Source: Bdellovibrionales bacterium (lineage in GTDB: Bacteria > Bdellovibrionota > Bdellovibrionia > Bdellovibrionales > JAMPXM01). Taken from it: a DNA stretch of 23,209 nucleotides. The first letter of the stretch is position 1. Each line of letters starts with the position of its first letter. The position numbers were made by a program, and so were the translations under genes. The notes under the pieces were generated by a model. The model saw only the letters and a program-made list of their open reading frames with translations, ran no database searches and was not told the origin of the DNA. Location: positions 1 through 23,209 of the forward strand of contig JAYUEN010000031.1 in NCBI GenBank assembly GCA_043739185.1, written 5' to 3'. Below are positions 8,356 to 16,377 of this stretch, in pieces.

Positions 8356-9293
8356 TTTTTCCTCTTTTAAAGGGATTGATACATCCCTTAAAAATCCCGG
8401 CAACATTTTTAATCGTGATGGTCAATGCTTTGGTTTTCATTGCATGCATTGAGAGTTTTGATCGCTCGCAAGATAAAATTGAAAAGATTCTATCGAATCG
8501 CGAAATGCTTTTCACGCAGGGCTTGGTTTTCTCACAATTCATTGAGACGCATCCGCAGGAATATCACAATCAACTCCGAGATTTTGCCAAGAAAACTTTG
8601 GCTGGGGACTGGCATAGTGCTCACCAAATGGGTGGCCTGGCGATCCGAAACTCAAGCTTTATGAAAAATGCTTTAGAGTTCAAAGTTGACGGCAATGAAA
8701 TTGCGGTTTCTGGCTGGCGTAAGCATTTTAAGGAAATAGTGGCATTGCAAAAGGAACATCCATCTTACTACTTAGGGCTAAATTACGATCACAATAGTTT
8801 AGTTAATTGGCTCAGCTATCAATTTACCCACAGCGGCTTCAGTCATTTATTTTGGAATATGCTTTTTCTCATTTTACTTGGCGGCTTTGTAGAAAGTGAA
8901 GTCGGCACCGCAGTTTTTGTTGCGACTTACTTGGCTTCAGGTCTCGCCGGAGCTTTGAGTTTTTCACTACTAAGTGGTATATCCGCAATTCCTTTAGTTG
9001 GAGCGAGTGCTTCAATTAGCGGACTAGTAGGCTTTGCAATAATCGAAAGATGGAATCAAAAAATCGATTTCTTCTTTTGGCTGCTACCAATGCAAAATTA
9101 TTTTGGACTCACAAAATTGCCGGCCTGGATCCTGCTCGTGATTTTCTGTCTGCCCGACGTAGCGGGGCAACTTTCAAGTGTTTCTGAATTTGGCTCGATA
9201 GCTTATAGCGCCCATCTCGGTGGTGCGGCCCTCGGCATTTGCGCCGGTTTGATTTATCGCTTTTGGCCCGCGACGCCTGTTAAGGCTGGTTAA
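8352..9293 (+). CDS. Rhomboid family intramembrane serine protease
   Basis: FTHSGFSHLFWNM, VGASASISG (catalytic Ser), AHLGG (catalytic His). ATGA overlap with the RDD gene. Confidence 0.92.
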   Translation: MIFPLLKGLIHPLKIPATFLIVMVNALVFIACIESFDRSQDKIEKILSNREMLFTQGLVFSQFIETHPQEYHNQLRDFAKKTLAGDWHSAHQMGGLAIRNSSFMKNALEFKVDGNEIAVSGWRKHFKEIVALQKEHPSYYLGLNYDHNSLVNWLSYQFTHSGFSHLFWNMLFLILLGGFVESEVGTAVFVATYLASGLAGALSFSLLSGISAIPLVGASASISGLVGFAIIERWNQKIDFFFWLLPMQNYFGLTKLPAWILLVIFCLPDVAGQLSSVSEFGSIAYSAHLGGAALGICAGLIYRFWPATPVKAG

Positions 9294-9442
9294 GGGCTTG
9301 GGCTTTGTGCTGGCTTGGGTTTTGGCTTTGTGCCCTGGGGCCTTGGGGTCTGCCGGAATGCCGGGGTGAGAAGTGGCTGACTCGGGCCAACTGATTTCGG
9401 TTTGGCCTGCGTTGCTTGGCCTTGTTTTGTCTTGGCCGTCTG
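9294..9442. repeat. Degenerate G/T-rich low-complexity repeat arm
   Basis: Repeated GGCTTGGG/GGCTTTGTGC and TTGGCC units; no A in 9294-9356 or 9395-9442. Confidence 0.6.
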
Positions 9443-9522
9443 ACTTGCGATTTTGTGTCTGCGCAAAGCTGAGCTCATTGGAAAGGACGATTTGTCCTAA
9501 ATTTGCAAATCTGAATTAATTA

Positions 9523-10050
9523 CTACCCCGAATAATTTTTGACAATATTAATTGCGGTGGCCCGCGCCCAGCCATACCCCTCAAGTTGATTGATCCTAAT
9601 ATAATCTTTTAAATTCAAAAATTCACTAAAGCTCGCGATGACTCTCGTAAACGGCCGATAATTCCAAAAATGTTTGCTGAGCTTTTTCTTGCGACTTACT
9701 TTAGTAACCGCCATCACAATAGCCGAACTAATCGCTCTGATAAACTTTTTATAGGTATAGCGATTCGACAATTTAATCTGAAAGTGTAAATGATTGCCAA
9801 CATTTGCCATCGACAAGACTTTTACGCCGTACTTATTTGAGAACTTCGAAATAATTTGCGAGATTTTTTTGCGATTCTCTGTACGTGCGAACGACCATTC
9901 CCCCACAGCTTGGGTCGACCGCATCGTGAGATGCATGGTATGTTTGGTGACGAGTGGCCTTGGCCCTTGACGAGCTTTTCTCTTATTAAGTAAGTCACCG
10001 CCATAAGCTTTCGGCAGATCTTTTATGAATTTGGTTTGTGGGTTTTTCAT
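9523..10050 (-). mobile_element. Y1 / HUH tyrosine transposase (IS200-like, RAYT-type)
   Basis: MHLTMRS, HUH motif VGNHLHF, FWNYRPFTRVI, catalytic Tyr in DYIRIN; 175 aa; no tnpB. Confidence 0.85.
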
Positions 10051-10059
10051 TCTTGGCGT

Positions 10060-10088
10060 AGTTTGGTGAGCGAAGGTTCAAAGGTCAA
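10060..10088 (-). promoter_or_regulatory. Possible sigma70 promoter for the transposase (near-leaderless)
   Basis: Minus strand TTGACC-N17-CAAACT ending 9 nt before the ATG; no SD visible. Confidence 0.35.
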
Positions 10089-10382
10089 GAAAATTTTTGA
10101 AAAAAGTTTTTACCAAAATAAATTATCAGATTATGAAGATTTATTTCAAGCTACTTAGCTATATAGCGCGCCGGACTCAGGGCTCCCATATCAAGTTCGA
10201 CGTGTAAAAATGCAACTTGAGTCGAATCAAAGGGGCCCGACCGTTTCAGCTTGCACACATTCGTATCATGCGGCTTTAATAAGCTTTAGCCAAATTGACT
10301 TAACCAGCCTCTACTTGCTACTACCTGCCACAATTGCAAATCACGCGCGGCATCCCGCGCCAGCACACCACGGCCACAAGCC

Positions 10383-13376
10383 CTACTCAGCAGCGGGAGC
10401 AAAACCTCTGCGCAAAGTATTTTCGGTGACGACTTTGGGGTCCATGAATTGAAGTAAATAATCGGGGCCGCCGGTTTTGCTGCCAAGGCCTGACATTTTA
10501 AAGCCACCAAAGGGATGGCGCTCTACCATGGCGCCAGTAATTCCGCGATTGATATAGAGATTGCCCACTTCAAACTGAGCTTTCACTTTTTCAATAGTCG
10601 CGGGACTGCGCGAGAACAGGCCGCCAGTCAATGCGTACTCAGTGCCGTTTGCAATTTCAAGTGCCTCTTCGATATTTTTTGCTTTGATGACAGCCAGTAC
10701 TGGTCCAAAAACTTCATCTTGAGCAATGCGAGAATTAGATTTGCAATCTTTAAAAATAGTTGGAGGAACATAATAGCCGCCAGTAGGAACTTGACCTTGA
10801 AAAGCCAATTCTGACTCAGACTTTGCATTTTCAATCATCTTCAAGATGCGCACATGAGCTTCGGCATCAATCACCGGACCCATATAAGCCGTGGGATCTT
10901 CTGAGTTCGCAACTTTGATTGAGCGGGCAGCTTCAACCAAGCGTTCTACAAAGCGTGCATATACTTCTTCAAGTACAATAACGCGGCTCGCAGCTGAACA
11001 TTTTTGTCCTTGATAACCAAAGGCCGAATACAATACGCCGCCAACGGCCTCGTCAAGATCTGCATCATTGTCAATGATGACGGCGTTCTTTCCGCCCATT
11101 TCGCAGATCACGCGTTTTACTGATTTTTGTCCCGGCAAAATCTGTCCCACTTTTGTCATGATATGAAGGCCTACGGATTTGCTGCCAGTAAAACAAATCA
11201 AAGCGGTTAATTTATGAGAGGTGAGATATTCGCCAACTTCTTCGCCGAAGCCTTGTATAAGGTTCACTGAGCCAGCAGGTGCGCCTGCTTCAGTGAAAGC
11301 TTTCATTAAAAAGGATGCAATCAGTGGAGTTTGCTCTGCAGGTTTCATGACCACAGTATTGCCGGTCACATAAGAACCTGCGACCATGCCGGTGAGAATG
11401 GCGAGAGGAAAATTCCAGGGGGCGATGACGACACTGACGCCCTTGGCTTGATAAACATACTGACTGGTTTCTCCAGGCACATTGCCGCAGGCTCTGGGGC
11501 GCGAAAGTCGCAACATATCTTTGGCGTAGTATCTGCAAAAATCGATTGCTTCTGCGATATCGCCATCGGCTTCTTCCCAAGTTTTGCCGGCCTCAAGAAT
11601 TTCAAGTGCAATTAATTTCATGCGGTCGCGTGCAAAAATATCTGCGACTTTTTCTAAAACGGCGGCGCGGGCTTCAGGCTTAGTCAGTTTGAAGTTTTGA
11701 AAGCATAAGGCGGCAGCTTGCATGGCGGCTTCGGCTTCTGTAGCCGAGGCGACTGAAACCTGTCCTAAAATCTGTGAAGTATCCGAAGGATTGTGGCTTT
11801 CGATTTTTCGCGAAGTGGTGACGTCTTTGCCTGCAATATGTAGCGGATAGTCTTTGCCGAGATTTTTCTTGAGTTCGGCTAAGGCTTTTAAAAGATTTTC
11901 TTGATTGGATTTAATTCCGAAATCAAGCAAGGCTTCGTTGCGGAATTGGTCTTTCGTGCCAGTAGGACTTGGAGTTTTTAACTTTGCCTCGCGTACCACT
12001 TCTCTTGGATCGCGGAGCAATAATTCTGTCGACATATTTTCGGCAAATTTCGAGCGCAGAAAAGATTCGTTCGAAGTATTTTCTAAAAGTCTTCGCACCA
12101 AATAGGCCATGCCGGGAAGTAAATCACCAATAGGTGCATATTCACGAACCCTCGCGCCCATTTTCACTAATGCTTTTTTAATTGGGTCAGCCATTCCGTA
12201 AAGCATTTGAATTTCATAAGCTCTGGGGTCGACTTTCAATTGTTCAGCCATCACCATACAAGCAGCAACACTGCGAACATTATGCGAGCCAATGGCTAAG
12301 CGAATGAAGGCAGAGTTTTTTAATAACTGCTCAGCACAGTCCTCATAGTTGACATCTGATTCGGCTTTAATTGTATAAACCGGAACTGGCCACTGCTGTT
12401 GAGCTGCATGAACTGTTTCGAAATCCCAGTAAGCGCCTTTAACCAGACGAATAGTAAAAGGAACGCCACGAGTTTTGGCAAATTCAGAAAGCATTTTCAC
12501 ATCAGTGAGTGAGTCGCGCAGATAAGCTTGAATGACCACTCCCCAATGAGGATAGTTTTTGTACGAGGGTTCTGAAATGAGATCTTTGAAAACGGCGATG
12601 GTCAAATCTTTGAGCTCGTATTGCTCCATATCGAGATTGACGAAAACATTTTTCGAAAGTGCCAAATCAAAAATTGGGCGCAAGCGCTCTTTGAGAATTT
12701 TCTTTGAGTGCTCCCAAGCTTTGACGTCGATTTGTGAGTAGAGAGAGCTCAATTTGACCGAAACATTTACTTTCGGAATTTTGCCAACCGAATCTTCGTC
12801 AATCTGGGGAATATGATCCCATTTTTCAGAATCTTTCGAGAGATGCGAAATCAAATCCAAATAGATTTTTTGATATTCAAGAGCTTCGCTTTCGCTCAAA
12901 CATGCCTCACCTAAAAGATCGGCGGTAAAAGCAATTTTATTTTTACGCGCCTTTTTTAATACCGAGAGCGCATCCGGGCCAGATTCACCGGTAATAAACA
13001 TACGCGCCATTTCGGTGACATTCTTTTTCACCGCACCTGCCATCAAGCCTGGCGCCAATGAGCCCAAGCCCAATCCCATATTGAATATCGACGGAATGTC
13101 TTCGCCGCCTTCGCTAAAATATTCTTTCATATGACGAGAAACTTCGCCGCTGGATTGCAAAGAGGGCAGAACATCGACAAAGCGAAACATCTGGGTCTTG
13201 AAGCTTTCGTTTTTCATGCTCCAATCCATGATTTTTCCGTACCACCAGTCTTTATTGAAGATCGAGCCGCCTTCTGACTCCATCAGATTGAAAATGGTTT
13301 CGCCTTTGGCTTTAATCGAAGCCTGCATTGGAGTTCCTCCAGAAAAAGTAGTGGTGGTCTTGGTTTCTTCAAGCAT
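10383..13376 (-). CDS. putA: Bifunctional proline dehydrogenase / L-glutamate-gamma-semialdehyde (P5C) dehydrogenase
   Basis: PRODH motifs DLLGEA, SVKLS, IRLVKGAYWD, YLVRRLLENTSNESF. ALDH motifs PWNFP, EMGGKN, GQKCSA, EVFGP, KTGGPDYL. No N-terminal RHH. Confidence 0.97.
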   Translation of the reverse strand: MLEETKTTTTFSGGTPMQASIKAKGETIFNLMESEGGSIFNKDWWYGKIMDWSMKNESFKTQMFRFVDVLPSLQSSGEVSRHMKEYFSEGGEDIPSIFNMGLGLGSLAPGLMAGAVKKNVTEMARMFITGESGPDALSVLKKARKNKIAFTADLLGEACLSESEALEYQKIYLDLISHLSKDSEKWDHIPQIDEDSVGKIPKVNVSVKLSSLYSQIDVKAWEHSKKILKERLRPIFDLALSKNVFVNLDMEQYELKDLTIAVFKDLISEPSYKNYPHWGVVIQAYLRDSLTDVKMLSEFAKTRGVPFTIRLVKGAYWDFETVHAAQQQWPVPVYTIKAESDVNYEDCAEQLLKNSAFIRLAIGSHNVRSVAACMVMAEQLKVDPRAYEIQMLYGMADPIKKALVKMGARVREYAPIGDLLPGMAYLVRRLLENTSNESFLRSKFAENMSTELLLRDPREVVREAKLKTPSPTGTKDQFRNEALLDFGIKSNQENLLKALAELKKNLGKDYPLHIAGKDVTTSRKIESHNPSDTSQILGQVSVASATEAEAAMQAAALCFQNFKLTKPEARAAVLEKVADIFARDRMKLIALEILEAGKTWEEADGDIAEAIDFCRYYAKDMLRLSRPRACGNVPGETSQYVYQAKGVSVVIAPWNFPLAILTGMVAGSYVTGNTVVMKPAEQTPLIASFLMKAFTEAGAPAGSVNLIQGFGEEVGEYLTSHKLTALICFTGSKSVGLHIMTKVGQILPGQKSVKRVICEMGGKNAVIIDNDADLDEAVGGVLYSAFGYQGQKCSAASRVIVLEEVYARFVERLVEAARSIKVANSEDPTAYMGPVIDAEAHVRILKMIENAKSESELAFQGQVPTGGYYVPPTIFKDCKSNSRIAQDEVFGPVLAVIKAKNIEEALEIANGTEYALTGGLFSRSPATIEKVKAQFEVGNLYINRGITGAMVERHPFGGFKMSGLGSKTGGPDYLLQFMDPKVVTENTLRRGFAPAAE

Positions 13377-13447
13377 TTTTAATTCCTACTCGCCAGTTGG
13401 CTTTCACATAATGATCAGCATAATTTCGGCCAACGGCCCAGATGTTT

Positions 13448-13463
13448 TGGCAATTCAATTGCA
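13448..13463 (+). promoter_or_regulatory. sigma54 promoter facing hslO
   Basis: TGGCAA-TTCAA-TTGCA (GG-N10-GC). Confidence 0.65.
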
Positions 13464-13635
13464 TAGTGGGAATTAGTGATATGAAAGCCGAGCGGGCAAG
13501 TCCATTGAATTTTGCCGCTCTAGTAAATATTGCCTTGCATAAAGTAGGCTTTTCACTTGCCTCAAAGTCTTAAGCGAAGCCAAGAATAGAGAGCCAGAAT
13601 TTCGCAGCTAAAAACTGTGTTCAAAGGATGATGAT

Positions 13636-14526
13636 ATCGAGCGAGTTCATAAATACTTATCAGAAGATCTAGGTCTTAGAGCTTCAGTGGTGATTGCAAC
13701 TACTGTGGTTGAAGAAATGCGTGGCATTCAGGGCTTGATGCCGATTCCGGCGGTGGCAGTCGGGCGAGCAACTGTCGGGACTTTACTAATGGCCAGCCAT
13801 TTGAAAAATACTCAACTTTTAAGCATGTATTTTCGCGGCAATGGTCCGCTTCAGACGATTTTTGCTGAAGCTAGTTTTGAGGGCAAAGCGCGGGCTTTTA
13901 CCGCCAATCCGACCTATGCAGAGCCCATAAAGGGTGAGCAAATTTTAATTGGTCATGCCATTGGCATTGGATTACTGACGGTGACTCATCATTTGCCGAC
14001 GCAGAGTCATCCGCATCGAGGGACAGTGATCATTCGCTCGGGAGAAATCGGCGACGATATTGCCTTTTATTTAGATCAATCCCATCAAATTCCGTCAGTG
14101 GTTTCTTTAGGGGTGCATTTGGATACCTACGGTAGAGTAAATGCAGCAGGAGGCGTTTTGATTGAAATGATGCCCGGTCATACCGAACAAATGCTTGCGA
14201 AAATTGAGGCAAGGGTAAAGAAAGCTGAAAGTATTTCAAAACGTATATTAGAGGGCGCGACGCCTTTTGATCTTATCAACGACTATCTTGCCGATTTTAA
14301 GCTCATTGAACTCGAGCATGATTATCCCATTGAATATCAATGCCGTTGCAATGTTGAGCGCATGAAGCGCTCTTTGATGCTTCTGGGGGTAGATGAACTC
14401 GATAGTATGATTCAAGAAAACAAGGCTCTAGACGTAAGTTGCGAATTTTGCGGCCGAAAATATCAGGTTAGTACCGAAGATCAGCAAAAAATTCGCAATG
14501 AGGTTTATCGACTGTCACTTAATTAG
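13636..14526 (+). CDS. hslO: Hsp33 redox-regulated chaperone (start uncertain: ATC 13636, CTG 13615 or GTG 13687)
   Basis: GNGPL, SGEIGDDIAFYLDQSHQIPS, AAGGVLIEMMPG and zinc motif CRC…CEFCG. The frame is open back to a TAA at 13609-13611. Confidence 0.93.
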   Translation: MERVHKYLSEDLGLRASVVIATTVVEEMRGIQGLMPIPAVAVGRATVGTLLMASHLKNTQLLSMYFRGNGPLQTIFAEASFEGKARAFTANPTYAEPIKGEQILIGHAIGIGLLTVTHHLPTQSHPHRGTVIIRSGEIGDDIAFYLDQSHQIPSVVSLGVHLDTYGRVNAAGGVLIEMMPGHTEQMLAKIEARVKKAESISKRILEGATPFDLINDYLADFKLIELEHDYPIEYQCRCNVERMKRSLMLLGVDELDSMIQENKALDVSCEFCGRKYQVSTEDQQKIRNEVYRLSLN

Positions 14527-14558
14527 AACCTGGCTTTTCGGGCCATGAAAAATTTTGC

Positions 14559-14574
14559 CGGCACTTAGTTAGCA
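14559..14574 (+). promoter_or_regulatory. Possible sigma54 promoter for the response regulator
   Basis: CGGCAC-TTAGT-TAGCA (GG-N10-GC), about 100 nt upstream of ATG 14673. Confidence 0.5.
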
Positions 14575-14640
14575 CTTGTTTTTTTTGCGACAAGGAGTAG
14601 TTTACAAAAACATGAATCTGGTTTAAAAGATCTTAGATTT

Positions 14641-14666
14641 TTAGAAATTAGGATTAGAAATTAGGA
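14641..14666 (+). repeat. 13-bp tandem duplication containing the SD
   Basis: TTAGAAATTAGGA twice, immediately before GTTGGT-ATG. Confidence 0.85.
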
Positions 14667-14672
14667 GTTGGT

Positions 14673-15377
14673 ATGTCGATCAAAGTGATGCTGATTGAAG
14701 ATGAACTCGAAATTCGTGAAATATTGACTTCGATATTTGAAGATGAGGGCTTTGAAGTTGTAGCCCTACCTGACGGGACTCAAGCGCTAGCCGAACTAGA
14801 AAAACACCAGCCTCAAATTTTACTTGTTGACCAGTTGATGCCTGAGAAAAAAGGCGTTGAGATTATCAGTGAAGTGAGAGCAAATCCAAAATTTTCAAGA
14901 CTTCCGATTATTATGCTTTCAGCACTTTCATTTGAGTCAGACAAAGTTAAGGCCCTTGAAACCGGAGCCGATGATTTCGTCGCAAAGCCATTTCAAGCCA
15001 AAGAACTTTGCGCGCGCATTCGGGCTCTTCATCGCCGCGTACAATCTGATGTTGGCTCTGATAAGATTGATTTTATTATTTTTGCCGATCTCAAAATTGA
15101 CTTTGTCAGTCACCGAGTTTTGATTGATCAAAGTGAAGTTCCGCTCACCCTGACTGAGTTTAAAATCTTGACTCAGCTTTTGAAAAAACGCGAGCAGGTT
15201 TTATCTCGCGAGGATTTGAGAGCGCAGGCACTTGATAATTTAAATGTGAGCGATCGAACTATTGATGTTCATATGTCAGCTCTGCGCAAGAAATTGGGCG
15301 GAATTGGTGATCATATTCATACCGTTCGTGGAGTTGGATACCGTTTTTCAGGTACTCCTGACGTTACAAACTCATAG
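14673..15377 (+). CDS. OmpR/PhoB family response regulator (orphan)
   Basis: Receiver IEDE…LLVDQLMP…LSA…GADDFVAKPF; winged helix LTLTEFKIL…DRTIDVHMSALRKKL…TVRGVGYRF. Confidence 0.95.
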   Translation: MSIKVMLIEDELEIREILTSIFEDEGFEVVALPDGTQALAELEKHQPQILLVDQLMPEKKGVEIISEVRANPKFSRLPIIMLSALSFESDKVKALETGADDFVAKPFQAKELCARIRALHRRVQSDVGSDKIDFIIFADLKIDFVSHRVLIDQSEVPLTLTEFKILTQLLKKREQVLSREDLRAQALDNLNVSDRTIDVHMSALRKKLGGIGDHIHTVRGVGYRFSGTPDVTNS

Positions 15378-15393
15378 TTTGTATTAAATTACA

Positions 15394-15430
15394 GGCGGCG
15401 GGTGGCCGGCAGCGGTTAGCCGTCGGCAGT
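15394..15430. repeat. GC-rich hairpin between convergent genes (REP-like or terminator)
   Basis: GCCGGCAGC-GGTTA-GCCGTCGGC imperfect stem at 15405-15427; shares GGCAGCGG and CGGCAGT words with 3491-3519. Confidence 0.4.
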
Positions 15431-15468
15431 TTACTGTTTCAGTTTCTGGGGTCAGTTTTCTGGCTGGA

Positions 15469-16185
15469 TTATTTCTTTTTACAATTCTCTAAGAAGCTTT
15501 TGCCTACACCTTCAAGCTGGCGCAGATCGACGGTGCCGTCTTTGTCTTTGAAGACCTTGAAGCCATCCATGCAGGTGCCTGGTGATTGAAATGCAACAAG
15601 CACATTTGATAGAGCGGTTTGAAGCGAAGTATTGGTTTTAGAGAGGGCTTCGAATTGTGGCGTCGAAGTACAAAGTTTATCCTTACTTGCCTTGAATGCA
15701 TCAAGGTCCCGGCCCATATCTCTGATTTCGGCTTTGAACTTATCGCCAGTGACTGAGGCATCAAATTTCACGAGATCTGCTTGCAAGGCTTGCGAGTCTA
15801 GTTCGTCTGAGAGCTTGATCACTTTTTTCTCAATTTCGGCGAAAAGATCTAGTTTCATGCGGCTGATTTCTGAAATCGAACCCACCTTTTTAAGTTCGGC
15901 TAATTTTTTAAACTGGGGTGCATTGGAGTCGGGGTGAAAGGTTCTCTCCATACCTTTACGGCCATGAACCGTGATATAGGCAAAGACTGCAGACTGATCG
16001 ATGAAGGCTTGAACATCATCTGCGGTCATTGTCTTCTTTTCTTTTCCGATCCAAATACAGTTGAGGTTTTGGCCTGATTCGCGAATTGTACAAGCTATTT
16101 CAACGGGCCGCTCTGCCGCTTGTGCAACCAGAGAACCGAAAACAAAATTGAACGCAATTATTTGAATGATTGCTTTGTAAAGCAT
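15469..16185 (-). CDS. Secreted hypothetical protein (Cys pairs, helical)
   Basis: ATG 16185 has SD GAGGA 5 nt upstream and gives a signal peptide ending VAQA; preferred over 16245. Confidence 0.8.
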   Translation of the reverse strand: MLYKAIIQIIAFNFVFGSLVAQAAERPVEIACTIRESGQNLNCIWIGKEKKTMTADDVQAFIDQSAVFAYITVHGRKGMERTFHPDSNAPQFKKLAELKKVGSISEISRMKLDLFAEIEKKVIKLSDELDSQALQADLVKFDASVTGDKFKAEIRDMGRDLDAFKASKDKLCTSTPQFEALSKTNTSLQTALSNVLVAFQSPGTCMDGFKVFKDKDGTVDLRQLEGVGKSFLENCKKK

Positions 16186-16377
16186 AGATGTCCTCGCACG
16201 ATGAAAATGATTGAAAGTACTTAATAAGTTTAACGAATCTTGCAAAAAAGTCTAGTGTCTTTATCTGGAGCTCATCAATCCAGACCGAAGTACTAATTAT
16301 TATGCAAGCTATGCAACAAGTTCTTGTAAAAAAAATCTGCTTATTCATATTCTTGAAGAATACGGGAGAGCTTTTTA

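Noticed and set aside
9290..9478. 62-aa Pro/Gln/Lys-rich ORF downstream of the transposase
   Set aside because: Open only because the strand is almost T-free, so stops cannot form; no SD or recognisable domain.
10210..13476. Small ORFs overlapping or antisense to putA
   Set aside because: Alternative-frame shadows of a well-supported gene.
13490..13560. c-di-GMP-I riboswitch (GGGCAA…)
   Set aside because: Lacks the GNRA tetraloop/receptor and GCAAAG junction; I could not match it to a known riboswitch.
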